64,000 nucleotides of DNA, from assembly GCA_001824825.1 (NCBI GenBank), contig MHTK01000006.1:252138-316137 (forward strand), given 5' to 3'. Shown piece by piece: positions 48,806 through 58,335 of the stretch. Each line of letters begins with the position of its first letter. Positions within the stretch are counted from its first letter, which is position 1. The stretch comes from Candidatus Vogelbacteria bacterium RIFOXYD1_FULL_46_19 (GTDB lineage: Bacteria; Patescibacteriota; Minisyncoccia; Phycocordibacterales; XYD1-FULL-46-19). Below the pieces are notes generated by a model that was not told where the DNA came from, ran no database searches, and saw nothing but the letters and a program-made list of their open reading frames with translations. Position numbers and translations under genes: made by a program.

Positions 48806-49873
48806 CTATATTAACCTCTCCCAAGACTCCTTGTAAAGAATCAGATTTTCTTTTTCCGTTGGCAGGTTAGAAACAGCCTCCTTGGCTTTACTCCCCAGAC
48901 TTTCCCTCCTTTTCTCATCCAGCATCAAACCGGCCATGGCCGCGACCAACTCTTCCTCATTTGAATCTACGATTAGTCCATTTTCTTGATCAAGAATAAC
49001 TTCCCCAGCACAACCAACATCAGTCATAATGATAGGCAAACCAAAACTGGCGGCTTCTACCACCACCAAACCCCAACCTTCACTAGTAGAAGTAAGTAAA
49101 AAAACGTCAGCTGACTTGTAAAGATTCCTCATCTCCCTTACTTGGCCAAGGAAAATCACCTTATCTTGCAAGTTTAGACCCCGTACTAACTGTTGCAACT
49201 TGTTTTTTTCTGGTCCATCTCCGGCTATTTTTAAAACAACATTGGGGTACCTTTTTACCACTCCAGCCATCGCTTTTATTTGCAAAGAAATATTTTTTAC
49301 GGGCACTAAACGAGCAACTGTAAAAAAAACAAATGGATCATGGGGCAGATAATCTTTTTTACCTTCTACAGTGTGAGGATATGAAGAGTAGACCGGAATA
49401 ATGTAAATTTTAAACTCTGAGATTTTAAAATTGTCTATTAAATGTTGTTTGAGCCTTTGACTCACCACCCTAATACCGTCAGCTCTTTTAATGTTAAAAG
49501 CAAAGATTAGCCGTCTAAAAAAATTCCCTTTTTCAAATCCATGTATTTGAATCTCTAGTTTTAAATCATACCTCCAAGCAATCAGCCACGCTAAAAAAGC
49601 TAGATAGTAATTATCTTGAACAGTGATAATGTCAAAACCCCTTCTGGCAGTAATAACTAATCTGGCATATAAGCGGAACCACTGAACAATTTTATTTGAC
49701 CCCGCTAGGCCAGACACCGCCACTTTATCACTTAAAGCAACGAATTCATCTTTACGACTAGGGACAAAAACTAGATACTTTGTCAAAAACTGGCTCTGAG
49801 CCAATAGTCGCTTCGCCAGTCCCGAGCTGGGAGTAAGGGCACTCTGATCAAGACCTAAGCTTATAATTTTCAT
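48806..49873 (-). CDS. glycosyltransferase family 4
   Basis: 355 aa; 'STSEGWGLVVVEAASFGLPIIMTDVG'. Confidence 0.65.
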   Translation of the reverse strand: MKIISLGLDQSALTPSSGLAKRLLAQSQFLTKYLVFVPSRKDEFVALSDKVAVSGLAGSNKIVQWFRLYARLVITARRGFDIITVQDNYYLAFLAWLIAWRYDLKLEIQIHGFEKGNFFRRLIFAFNIKRADGIRVVSQRLKQHLIDNFKISEFKIYIIPVYSSYPHTVEGKKDYLPHDPFVFFTVARLVPVKNISLQIKAMAGVVKRYPNVVLKIAGDGPEKNKLQQLVRGLNLQDKVIFLGQVREMRNLYKSADVFLLTSTSEGWGLVVVEAASFGLPIIMTDVGCAGEVILDQENGLIVDSNEEELVAAMAGLMLDEKRRESLGSKAKEAVSNLPTEKENLILYKESWERLI

Positions 49874-50880
49874 ATTAATTGCTCAAACTGACGAACGATG
49901 TCGTCATAAGACCAGGTCAAGCTGAACTTGGATATATTTTCCTGGCACTGCTTATAATGACAAACATCTGCCATTAATAAAATCTTATCCGATATATCAT
50001 TAGCATCAAAAGGGTCCACGTATAAAGCTCCATCTTTCATAATATCTTTGATGCCATTGTCTTTGGTCAACACAACGGGTTTATTAAAAGAGGCAGCCTC
50101 AAGGGCTAGATTAGGACTAACTTCTGAAAAAGAAGGAATAATAACGGCGTAACAGTTTTTTATTTCCCGAAAAAGGTCTTCTTGGGATTGTTGATTTAAA
50201 ATTTTTAATTTAAGAGTTTTGTCTTTTATTTGAGCCTGGCTGAATGCCTCTTTAAGTCCAGATAGATTTTTTAAAAAAATATCCCGCCCGGCGGTTATAA
50301 ATACTTTTTCCGCTAACCCTTGGTTATTTAAACCTAAACCAGCTCGGCTAAACACAAAACTGTTTTGAATAATAACTATTTTAGACCTGGGTATTTCATA
50401 GGGTCCTTGCCAAATCCCCGACTGCCACTCAGTGCTGAAAACAACACAACTAGCTGCTTTAATTACCTTTTTAGTGATAAAAAAAACCACTTTATCTTTA
50501 AAAGAAACCCTAAAGTTTTTCTTATAAAACTCTGACAGTTGAATTCTGGTCTGAGTTCTCTCTACAAAACTCTCCCACAAAAAGTCCCCACCAATCCTTA
50601 TTATCAACTTTTTCCCAAACAGAAAGCTAACAACTGCCGCCGGCAGTCCCACACTAAAAGTATCCAGGGCTAAAATACAGTCTGCCCCTCTAATTTTTCG
50701 ACCCAACCTCACAAGATAGAGAATATGACGAATTATTACCGGCCATTTTAAAAATTCGCCAAAACCAACAACGATCACATTTTCTCCCTTGTCTTTCCAA
50801 GCTTTTTCTAAATTTTTGACGTAAGTCGCTGGGCCGCCAATGTCCGGGGGGTATAAAGGGGTGGCAATAACTATTTTCAT
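49870..50880 (-). CDS. glycosyltransferase family 4
   Basis: 336 aa; 'SFSEVSPNLALEAASFNKPVVLT'. Confidence 0.6.
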   Translation of the reverse strand: MKIVIATPLYPPDIGGPATYVKNLEKAWKDKGENVIVVGFGEFLKWPVIIRHILYLVRLGRKIRGADCILALDTFSVGLPAAVVSFLFGKKLIIRIGGDFLWESFVERTQTRIQLSEFYKKNFRVSFKDKVVFFITKKVIKAASCVVFSTEWQSGIWQGPYEIPRSKIVIIQNSFVFSRAGLGLNNQGLAEKVFITAGRDIFLKNLSGLKEAFSQAQIKDKTLKLKILNQQSQEDLFREIKNCYAVIIPSFSEVSPNLALEAASFNKPVVLTKDNGIKDIMKDGALYVDPFDANDISDKILLMADVCHYKQCQENISKFSLTWSYDDIVRQFEQLI

Positions 50881-50885
50881 AATGT

Positions 50886-52034
50886 TTATCTAGAAAAAAA
50901 GGTGTGGAAAATCAAACTCATGTCTTTAACGATCGTCTCCCAACTGTATTTTTTTTCAATCAACTGCCGAGCCTGATGTATTATTGGTCCAACTTGTTCT
51001 TTATTCTTATCATCTAACACGAAAGATAAGGCAGTGGCAATCGACGCCGGGCTGTCGGGTTCAACTGCAAAACCAGTGACTCGATCAGTGAGAAAATCGG
51101 GAATACCACCCACCAAGGTTCCCACGACCGGTACCCCCACCGCCATTGCTTCTAAAAAGGCATTACCGAGACCCTCCGTCCGAGATGGTCGAATAAACAC
51201 CTCGCCAGACTGTAAAAAAGCCGGTAGGTCGGCTTGGGACACTAACCCCTGCCAAACCACACGCCGAGCTACCCCCAACTCATCCGCCAAAGCTTTGAGT
51301 TTATTCTCCTCTGGCCCCACCCCGGCAATGTGAAAAGTCACATCAGCCGGCAACAGAGGCAAAGCTTTAATGACTAAATCCAAACCATTTTTATGAACCA
51401 ACCGCGAGGCGGTCACTATTTTTTTACCGGTCTCCGTCGGATTACCCCCCCGTTCGTCTCGAGTGAATTTATTTAAATCGACACCGTTGGGGATAACCAC
51501 CACTTCGCCCGTCGCCCCCATCCTTCGGGCCCACACGGCTAAATAAGTGGAAATACACTGAATATTGTTAGCTTGAGTGAAAATACTACTCCACCAACGC
51601 TTAATCACTCGAACCTTTCTTTCCACTTCGGCCAAATCATCCCCTTCCTGCAAGGTTAAAAGGTAAGGCACCCTCGGAAACCGAACTTTAAACCGGGCGG
51701 CCGCCAAACCACCAAAACTAGCCATAATGGCCCAGACCCCGTTGTAGGGCTTTCTCGAGTGCAACCGAGTGGCCAAGAAGGCTCCTCCCCAGGCTAACCA
51801 CAGCTTATCCACCGGTAATCCCCAACCTAGGCGATACACTGTTGCGCGCCCCACCTGCTCCCGGCGGGGTAGCTTACGGTCGAGCCTAGCCGTCAGCACA
51901 TCAAAATCATACTCCGTTAGGCGGTCGGTGATTTCTTTAACTGCCACTTCTGCTCCGCCAACGAGTGGTAAGTAAGCGGTGGAAAAAATTAGAATTCTCT
52001 GGCGTTTAACTTCAGCCATACTACTTTTTAACAT
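50886..52034 (-). CDS. glycosyltransferase family 4 (GC-rich, outside the AT-rich island)
   Basis: 382 aa; 'SRTEGLGNAFLEAMAVGVPVVGT'. Confidence 0.7.
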   Translation of the reverse strand: MLKSSMAEVKRQRILIFSTAYLPLVGGAEVAVKEITDRLTEYDFDVLTARLDRKLPRREQVGRATVYRLGWGLPVDKLWLAWGGAFLATRLHSRKPYNGVWAIMASFGGLAAARFKVRFPRVPYLLTLQEGDDLAEVERKVRVIKRWWSSIFTQANNIQCISTYLAVWARRMGATGEVVVIPNGVDLNKFTRDERGGNPTETGKKIVTASRLVHKNGLDLVIKALPLLPADVTFHIAGVGPEENKLKALADELGVARRVVWQGLVSQADLPAFLQSGEVFIRPSRTEGLGNAFLEAMAVGVPVVGTLVGGIPDFLTDRVTGFAVEPDSPASIATALSFVLDDKNKEQVGPIIHQARQLIEKKYSWETIVKDMSLIFHTFFSR

Positions 52035-53823
52035 CCAACATTTGTCGCAACACCTCTTCTGGAATTTCTTGCTTGTCAGTGGGCCCTTTAGGAGCGGGGG
52101 TCGAGGTCGACAGCTGGTCCACCAGTGCTACCGGTTTCTCCACTGGAACAGTTTTTACTTTTGGTTGATCGGACCGGTTCTGCATTAATTCTTGAAGAGC
52201 ACTCCGCAGAGCGTCTCGACTTTTTTCAGTACTCTTGGAATTATTAGCAACTTGCACGGAACGCTCTTTCAAATGACCTAAAGAGACGGCCGAGCGCTCG
52301 GTAATTTTAATGGCCTGATGGCTGGGGACCACCGGGGCCAGATTCGGCTCCTGACGCTGATTATTAGACGGCGCCGGCTGATGAGTCGGGGCTGGTTTAG
52401 ACTGGGGGCTCGGCTCCACCTTAGGCCGAGACTCACGGGGCCGTTCCTCAGCCCGCCGGCCATTATTACTGGGAGCTGAGTTAGAACTCGTTCTAGGACG
52501 GTTTGAGGCAGAATTATGATTACTCTGACTACTTGAGGTCGCGTGAAGTTCCATGACCTCACTTTCCACCTCCGCCCGGGGCTTGGTAAATTTACTGCGC
52601 GACCGCCTCACCACTTCCTCTTTAAAAGACGTCTCCAGAGCGGGAATCGGGGGCAAGGTTACAGCCGAAAAAGGTTTAGACCCAATCCCATCGATCATCA
52701 GACTCATATATATTTGAGCAAACCCTAAGCTCACTAAGTCTTCCTTGGTAAAGGTGGGAAAGAAAACTTTTTCAAACACTTCCGCATCAAAAGGACCTAC
52801 CCGAAAAACCACCGTCGTACCAACGTTACCAAAAACCGCATCCCGCACCTCTTCCGGCATTTGCTCTATGTACTGGTGCGCAATCGTGAGCGACAGTTTA
52901 TATTTACGCGCCTCGGATAAAATATCGGCAAAACTTTCATTGGCAAAAGATTGAAACTCATCTACGTACAAGTAAAAAGGTGGTAGCTTGGTCATTTCGG
53001 CGTCCGACACATTGGCTCGGGACATCGCGGCCAAGTAAATTTTGGTGATGAGCATTGAGCCGATCAGGTTAGCGTTCCCCTCCCCAATTAAACCTTTGGA
53101 CAAGTTAATGATGACGATTTTTTTCTGGTCCATTAATTCCCGAAAATCAAAAGATGATTTGGTTTGGCCCAAAATGTTGCGAATGAGCGGATTGGACGTA
53201 AACTGCCCAACTTTGTTTTGAATAGCCGGCGTCGCCTCGGCGGCAAAGCGCTCGGTGTAATTGGCAAACTCGTCGACCCAGAAGGAGCGAACGCCCGGGT
53301 CGGTGACACAAGCCACCACTTTTTCCCGAAACTTTTTATCGGAAATCATTTTATTGACCGAAAGCAGGGTTGAGCCCGGGTACTCTAGCAAAGCCAAAAT
53401 AGTGTTGTTTAAAATATACTCCATCCGAGCCGACCACGCGTCGACCCAGATTTTTTTGAAGGCACTCATGAGACCCGCCGCCACCAAGTGGCGGCGGTCT
53501 TTACCCACATCCTCCATCACGTTAAAGGCAATTGGGTAATCTAAATCAAACGGCGCAATGTAAAGCACATCGTCGAGACGCTCTTTCGGAATGTATTCGA
53601 GTAACAACTCTGCCGTTTTACCGTGCGGGTCGATAAAACACATCCCCTCGCCATTTTTAATATCTTGAATGGCCAGGTTCTCGAGCATCGTCGATTTGCC
53701 CATACCAGTTTTCCCGATCACATACATATGACGGGCCCGATCTTCCGACTTGATACCGAAAGTAATTTTTCGGCCCCGAAAGTCGGTTTGAGCAAAATAA
53801 TTTATGTGAGAAGACTGATCCAT
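52021..53823 (-). CDS. P-loop NTPase of the HerA/FtsK/TraD (AAA_10/DUF87-like) superfamily with S/P/N/Q-rich low-complexity C-terminus
   Basis: 600 aa; Walker A 'VIGKTGMGKST'; 'FYLYVDEFQSF' Walker B-like; no N-terminal TM helices; C-terminal 170 aa low complexity. Confidence 0.5.
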   Translation of the reverse strand: MDQSSHINYFAQTDFRGRKITFGIKSEDRARHMYVIGKTGMGKSTMLENLAIQDIKNGEGMCFIDPHGKTAELLLEYIPKERLDDVLYIAPFDLDYPIAFNVMEDVGKDRRHLVAAGLMSAFKKIWVDAWSARMEYILNNTILALLEYPGSTLLSVNKMISDKKFREKVVACVTDPGVRSFWVDEFANYTERFAAEATPAIQNKVGQFTSNPLIRNILGQTKSSFDFRELMDQKKIVIINLSKGLIGEGNANLIGSMLITKIYLAAMSRANVSDAEMTKLPPFYLYVDEFQSFANESFADILSEARKYKLSLTIAHQYIEQMPEEVRDAVFGNVGTTVVFRVGPFDAEVFEKVFFPTFTKEDLVSLGFAQIYMSLMIDGIGSKPFSAVTLPPIPALETSFKEEVVRRSRSKFTKPRAEVESEVMELHATSSSQSNHNSASNRPRTSSNSAPSNNGRRAEERPRESRPKVEPSPQSKPAPTHQPAPSNNQRQEPNLAPVVPSHQAIKITERSAVSLGHLKERSVQVANNSKSTEKSRDALRSALQELMQNRSDQPKVKTVPVEKPVALVDQLSTSTPAPKGPTDKQEIPEEVLRQMLDVKK

Positions 53824-53923
53824 AAATAAGAGTAAGACTAGACTAAAGTATAACGCTTACTCCCATATTTACAAAGGGAAAAAGCCATAAGGCTGATCAA
53901 TTAGAGCGACATTTTCTCACGCC

Positions 53924-55171
53924 TTACTCCGCTTTATAAACTTCTCGAGTGTATTTGTTGGATGGATCCCACATCATCCAAGAGGTCAGACCCAGGTCAT
54001 AAGTGGCCTTAATCTGAGCGGTGACCATGGCCGGCGTGTAGACTACTGGATAGTCAAAATCTTGCAACCACGGCCTAATTTTGGACCGATTATAAGCCTT
54101 TTTAGTGTAAAGTTGAGGGGTAGTAGAAGCGATCGGTTCGCCAGCCAGCGTGGCGACTTTAGTGGAAGTGGCCTCGGTTCGGCTGATAGCTGTGGTGAGG
54201 GCATTAGTAATAATTTCGTAAGGATACGAATTAGGATTAGCGTAGCCACCAAAACCATTGTAATAATGGGAAGGGTAAATCATGGGGGCGACATAATCAA
54301 AGTGAGGTAAAGTTCTTTCCCACACCTGGCCGATACCTACGTCCACAAAACTCGAGGTGGTCATCCCAAACACATCAGCTGAAATAATCATCCCGGTGGG
54401 CTTGAGCTTTTGATTTAAGTAAACAAAAAATTCTTCCAGTACGGCCGGCTTGGGTCTATTCCCGGACAAAGGAAAATGAATATCTTGCATATTACCGTCC
54501 GAGGGAAAGCGGATGTAATCGAAATTTAGTTCATCCACCCCTTGCTCATAAGCATCAGTGGAAATATCCACAATATGATCCCACGCCAAGCGCGAAGCCG
54601 GATCGATGTAGTTGATCCCCTTCCGATCAGCCCACAAACGGCTGGTATCCGTTTCGTTTTTTACCGCCTCCGCCGGGTGGTGCCCCGCAAAAAGTGGATC
54701 TTGGAACACAGTTACGCGACCGATGACGTAAATATTTTCCGCATGCATGGCTGTGGTAAGCTCGGCCAAGTCACCCAGCGGGCACTTGGACACCGCGTAA
54801 GACTGGAGGCTTTCGTTCTGGGGGTTGAAACTAAGCGCACCGGTATAATCTTTTAAGTCCACTACGATAGCGTTTAACTCGGTTTCTTTCACTAAGTTGA
54901 TTAATTTTTGACGCAAGCTCGGGGTACCAGCCACACAACTGGTCATATAGACAGCTTTCAAAGGTTCCGGAGTTTCCAAATGAGGCACCGGTTCGGGTTC
55001 ACTTTCCTTGTCTGCCCCCAAAGCCCAAGCCTGGCTAGAATAAACCGGCATAGTGTATTCCATGTTTGGTGTCTGTAAAAACTGCCAAGCTAAAAAAGCC
55101 GCCAGAGCGACTAGAATTGCCACACCAATGATTACGGCCAAGCTGCTGTAGCTGGTCTTCATGAGGCTCAA
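53924..55171 (-). CDS. membrane-anchored putative glycoside-hydrolase-like protein (TIM-barrel, DUF4015-type), uncertain
   Basis: 415 aa; N-terminal signal anchor; 'AVYMTS', 'NAIVVDLKD', 'DYIRFPSDG' resemble the putative glycosyl-hydrolase domain family. Confidence 0.4.
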   Translation of the reverse strand: MSLMKTSYSSLAVIIGVAILVALAAFLAWQFLQTPNMEYTMPVYSSQAWALGADKESEPEPVPHLETPEPLKAVYMTSCVAGTPSLRQKLINLVKETELNAIVVDLKDYTGALSFNPQNESLQSYAVSKCPLGDLAELTTAMHAENIYVIGRVTVFQDPLFAGHHPAEAVKNETDTSRLWADRKGINYIDPASRLAWDHIVDISTDAYEQGVDELNFDYIRFPSDGNMQDIHFPLSGNRPKPAVLEEFFVYLNQKLKPTGMIISADVFGMTTSSFVDVGIGQVWERTLPHFDYVAPMIYPSHYYNGFGGYANPNSYPYEIITNALTTAISRTEATSTKVATLAGEPIASTTPQLYTKKAYNRSKIRPWLQDFDYPVVYTPAMVTAQIKATYDLGLTSWMMWDPSNKYTREVYKAE

Positions 55172-55187
55172 AGGGAAAGCCCGTATC

Positions 55188-55481
55188 CTACGAGCGACTA
55201 TTATCGTCTGGTAATGAATCCTCGGCCTCTATCACCACGGTCTCGGCCACGGCCGCCACTTCCGGATCGGCCAAATTTTTCTGCACCAATTCGTCATAGC
55301 CCTCTTCGTAAAGCTTGTTGGCATAATGATTGCCGGTAAAACCCAAAATGGCAATTAGTAAGCCCAAGGCCACATACAAGGTATTGGTCCAAGCGTCCGG
55401 CAGACCACTAAAAAATACCAGCCCGACAATTAATAAACCCAAAATCGCACTAGCCCGATTGCGTAATATAATGCTTCTCAT
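55188..55481 (-). CDS. small membrane protein (2 TM helices)
   Basis: 97 aa; two hydrophobic helices. Confidence 0.4.
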   Translation of the reverse strand: MRSIILRNRASAILGLLIVGLVFFSGLPDAWTNTLYVALGLLIAILGFTGNHYANKLYEEGYDELVQKNLADPEVAAVAETVVIEAEDSLPDDNSRS

Positions 55482-55514
55482 ATAAAGCTCATTCTACTAA
55501 ACCAGGCGACTATT

Positions 55515-56837
55515 TCAAGCTACTAAAAGTTCCGACACGGCGGTCACATCCCCCGCCCCCATCACCATAATAAGATCACCTTGGCCGGCGACCCCAGCCG
55601 CCTCAGCAGCGGCGGTAAAATCCGGCACAGTTTCCACCGCTTGATGACCAGTGGCCCTTATAGCTTTAGCTAAGTCAGCGCTGTCGATACTGCCATCACT
55701 GGTTTCCCGCGCCGCGTAAATAGGCAACAGGATTACCCGGTCCGCGAGCACCAGCGCCTCGGCAAATGGTAATAAAAAATCTTTCGTCCGTGAGTATAAA
55801 TGTGGTTGGAAAATAGCCACCACTTGCCCACCCTGCACCTCTTCGCGGGCCGCCTGCAAAGTAGCTCTAACTTCATCCGGATGATGAGCGTAGTCATCAT
55901 AAACCCGCGCCCCAGTGGCCGTGACACCTTTAAAGTCGAACCGCCGCCAGGTTCCGGAAAAACTATTTAAAGCTTTGACTGTTTCAACTTCGTTTAAGTT
56001 GCAAGCCAGGGCCACACCCAGGGCCGCTTTAGCATCAGCCACCAAATGAGCCCCAGGAAAACGTAAAGCCAAGCCCTCGACAGTTTGGGTTGGGTAATCT
56101 ACCACCTTCGCTACCACTCCCGCTAAAACTGGTTTTAGATGAGGATCAGCTGTATCACAAACAATAAAACCATCGGCCGGTACTTTGTGCGCTAGCTCCC
56201 GAAAAGCCGCCTGAATATCAGCCAAGTCTTTGTAGTAATCCAGATGATCAGCTTCGATATTAGTGATAACCAGAATTTGGGGTGTTAAATTTAAGAAGGA
56301 GCGACGATACTCACAAGCTTCGGCAATGAAATATTTTCCAGTTCCAGCCACAAAATTTGACTGAAAATCCTTCAAAAAACTGCCCACAACCACCGTCGGA
56401 TCAAGTCCAGCGTCGAGAAAAATTTTAGCCAACATGCCAGTGGTGGTGGTCTTACCGTGGGTGCCAGCCACCGCAATCGTGTATTTATCGCTACTGATCA
56501 TCCCCAGGGCTTCAGGATAAGTAAGCATCGGTAAACCAAGTTCCTCCGCTTTGGCAAATTCCGGGTTCGAGGGGGGCACAGCAATGGTGTAAATAACCAA
56601 ATCCGCCTCAGCTGGCACCTGGTCGGCCTTATGGCCAATGTAAATAGTAGCACCTAGTTTTCTTAATTCTTCCGTCACTAAAGTTTCCGACTGGTCGGAA
56701 CCGCTAACGATTTTGCCCTCCAACATCATCATGCGAGCGATAGCTGAAACACCTATCCCCCCAATACCAATAAAGTGAACTTGCTTTGTCCGCCGTAGCT
56801 CAAGCGAAGGAATGTTTATATTATTTAAATCAACCAT
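55515..56837 (-). CDS. murC: UDP-N-acetylmuramate--L-alanine ligase
   Basis: 440 aa; 'HFIGIGGIGVSAIARMM', 'IAVAGTHGKTTTT' Mur ligase P-loop. Confidence 0.85.
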   Translation of the reverse strand: MVDLNNINIPSLELRRTKQVHFIGIGGIGVSAIARMMMLEGKIVSGSDQSETLVTEELRKLGATIYIGHKADQVPAEADLVIYTIAVPPSNPEFAKAEELGLPMLTYPEALGMISSDKYTIAVAGTHGKTTTTGMLAKIFLDAGLDPTVVVGSFLKDFQSNFVAGTGKYFIAEACEYRRSFLNLTPQILVITNIEADHLDYYKDLADIQAAFRELAHKVPADGFIVCDTADPHLKPVLAGVVAKVVDYPTQTVEGLALRFPGAHLVADAKAALGVALACNLNEVETVKALNSFSGTWRRFDFKGVTATGARVYDDYAHHPDEVRATLQAAREEVQGGQVVAIFQPHLYSRTKDFLLPFAEALVLADRVILLPIYAARETSDGSIDSADLAKAIRATGHQAVETVPDFTAAAEAAGVAGQGDLIMVMGAGDVTAVSELLVA

Positions 56838-56878
56838 ACGCTCAATTAAAACATTTTCTGATAACTAAAACAAAATTA

Positions 56879-56910
56879 ACCCCTGACCTGCTTAAGCAGG
56901 TCAGGGGTTT
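56879..56910. terminator. bidirectional rho-independent terminator
   Basis: aacccctgacctgc-ttaa-gcaggtcaggggtt. Confidence 0.7.
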
Positions 56911-56944
56911 CTAGAGTCTATACAATTTCGGTACAGACTAATGA

Positions 56945-57646
56945 TTAAAGTGACGCAGGCAGGCGAGAGAACACCTGACGACCACCATCGCCCCACCCGT
57001 TCGAGCGCTCGACAGAGAGCGCAGAGACGAACCAGCCGTCGCCGTTCCAGTACACGTAGACCGTACAAAGCAAACTATTCTGGTCCTTGACGTAGAAAAT
57101 GTTGGCTCGGCCGTTGTTAAGCAAGGGACCAGACTCACCGCTTCTCTGCTTCTCCATCAAGGAGAACATCTCCGTCAAGGTGGTTTCGGCTTTTGTTTTG
57201 CCGCCAAGTTCGGCGATAATCTGTATGTCCAGGGAGGACTGCCGAAGCTTGTCGTAGTGGAGCGTGGTTTCTGATATCGGCTCTTCGATTTTGCCTTTCC
57301 CCGACAGGAACCAGGTGGTGAAGTTATTGCTGAAATTCGAGCAAATCCCTCCGTCTTTTTTGAGAAGGAATCTGTCTTTGGCAACGAACGGCTCCGTGGT
57401 AGCGGGAATAATGGTAGTGCCGACGAACTCGAGGAGGTCAGCTCGAGATTTTTCCGTCGACCTTAAATATTCATCACAAATTCGATCAACCCCCTCGGTC
57501 ATAACTCTCAGACCCTCAGGAGTATTTAACCACCTCAGGATTTTTTCCGGTTCCACTCCCCGCCGCGCCATCGTCTGAGCGAAGACATTAAACACCTCGC
57601 CAGCAAGGGCTACCGCTTGCCTGGCTTCTTTCCATTCATCTCGCAT
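56945..57646 (-). CDS. hypothetical protein (233 aa), GC-rich relative to neighbours
   Basis: Clean ORF with own terminator; no recognised motif. Confidence 0.5.
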   Translation of the reverse strand: MRDEWKEARQAVALAGEVFNVFAQTMARRGVEPEKILRWLNTPEGLRVMTEGVDRICDEYLRSTEKSRADLLEFVGTTIIPATTEPFVAKDRFLLKKDGGICSNFSNNFTTWFLSGKGKIEEPISETTLHYDKLRQSSLDIQIIAELGGKTKAETTLTEMFSLMEKQRSGESGPLLNNGRANIFYVKDQNSLLCTVYVYWNGDGWFVSALSVERSNGWGDGGRQVFSRLPASL

Positions 57647-57806
57647 ATCAAACTCCTTTCAGTCTTCCCTCATTTCGCCCTATGCGAAACCCCAGAAGAC
57701 TTTTCCTCCTTAGTTATACTGTACAAGACATAATCTGTCAATTTTTTTCACAAAAGGGACTACTGAAAAGAACTGGATGATGTGCAACTCCACTGGCAGA
57801 GTAAAA

Positions 57807-58334
57807 TTAAGGACGCACAGCAATAAATCTCCCCTTCCAAGCAGTCAGGAACTTTTTAGCCAGCAAGCGCTGGTAAATTTTATGCCGCTCCTCAGTATCA
57901 GGATCTAAAACTTCAGCCGTGGTGTTGGTAAGCGATAGCAAGACCACCAAGTGCCCAGCTCGCCCTGGCTCATATTTAGAAAAAACAGAAGCCATAACTG
58001 GTCCTTTCTTTAGCTCTTCTTTAAGAAGACTTAGAGCCTTAGCTTTTTCTTCTTTGGCTAAATCATAAGCGCGAGACTTCTTAAAGCCGTAAATTTTAGC
58101 CAAACCCACGAGCCCCGAGTGTCGCCAACCCACGCCTTTTATATAAGCCCGGCGGTTTAACCCTACTTGATACAATTTATTTAAATCCGGCAAAGGCCGT
58201 TTCGGCTGAGACCCAGAGGGTGGGTAGCAACGCATGAGCATCAAGAGACTGACCACTCCGCAACCAGCCTTTTGCCAATTTTTATTTTTCAAATCTAAAT
58301 ATTGGGAGAGTAAAATTGACTCAGCAACTTTCAT
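57807..58334 (-). CDS. peptidase C39-like (papain-fold) cysteine peptidase domain protein
   Basis: 175 aa; 'NWQKAGCGVVSLLMLMRCY' resembles the C39 'Q..CG.A.L.M' catalytic Cys region; 'GHLVVL' candidate His. Confidence 0.45.
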   Translation of the reverse strand: MKVAESILLSQYLDLKNKNWQKAGCGVVSLLMLMRCYPPSGSQPKRPLPDLNKLYQVGLNRRAYIKGVGWRHSGLVGLAKIYGFKKSRAYDLAKEEKAKALSLLKEELKKGPVMASVFSKYEPGRAGHLVVLLSLTNTTAEVLDPDTEERHKIYQRLLAKKFLTAWKGRFIAVRP

Positions 58335-58335
58335 T

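Noticed and set aside
21275-53823. Prophage or integrative element carrying the glycan locus
   Set aside because: No integrase, transposase, terminase or att-like repeats bound the AT-rich island. The composition shift alone is typical of glycan loci.
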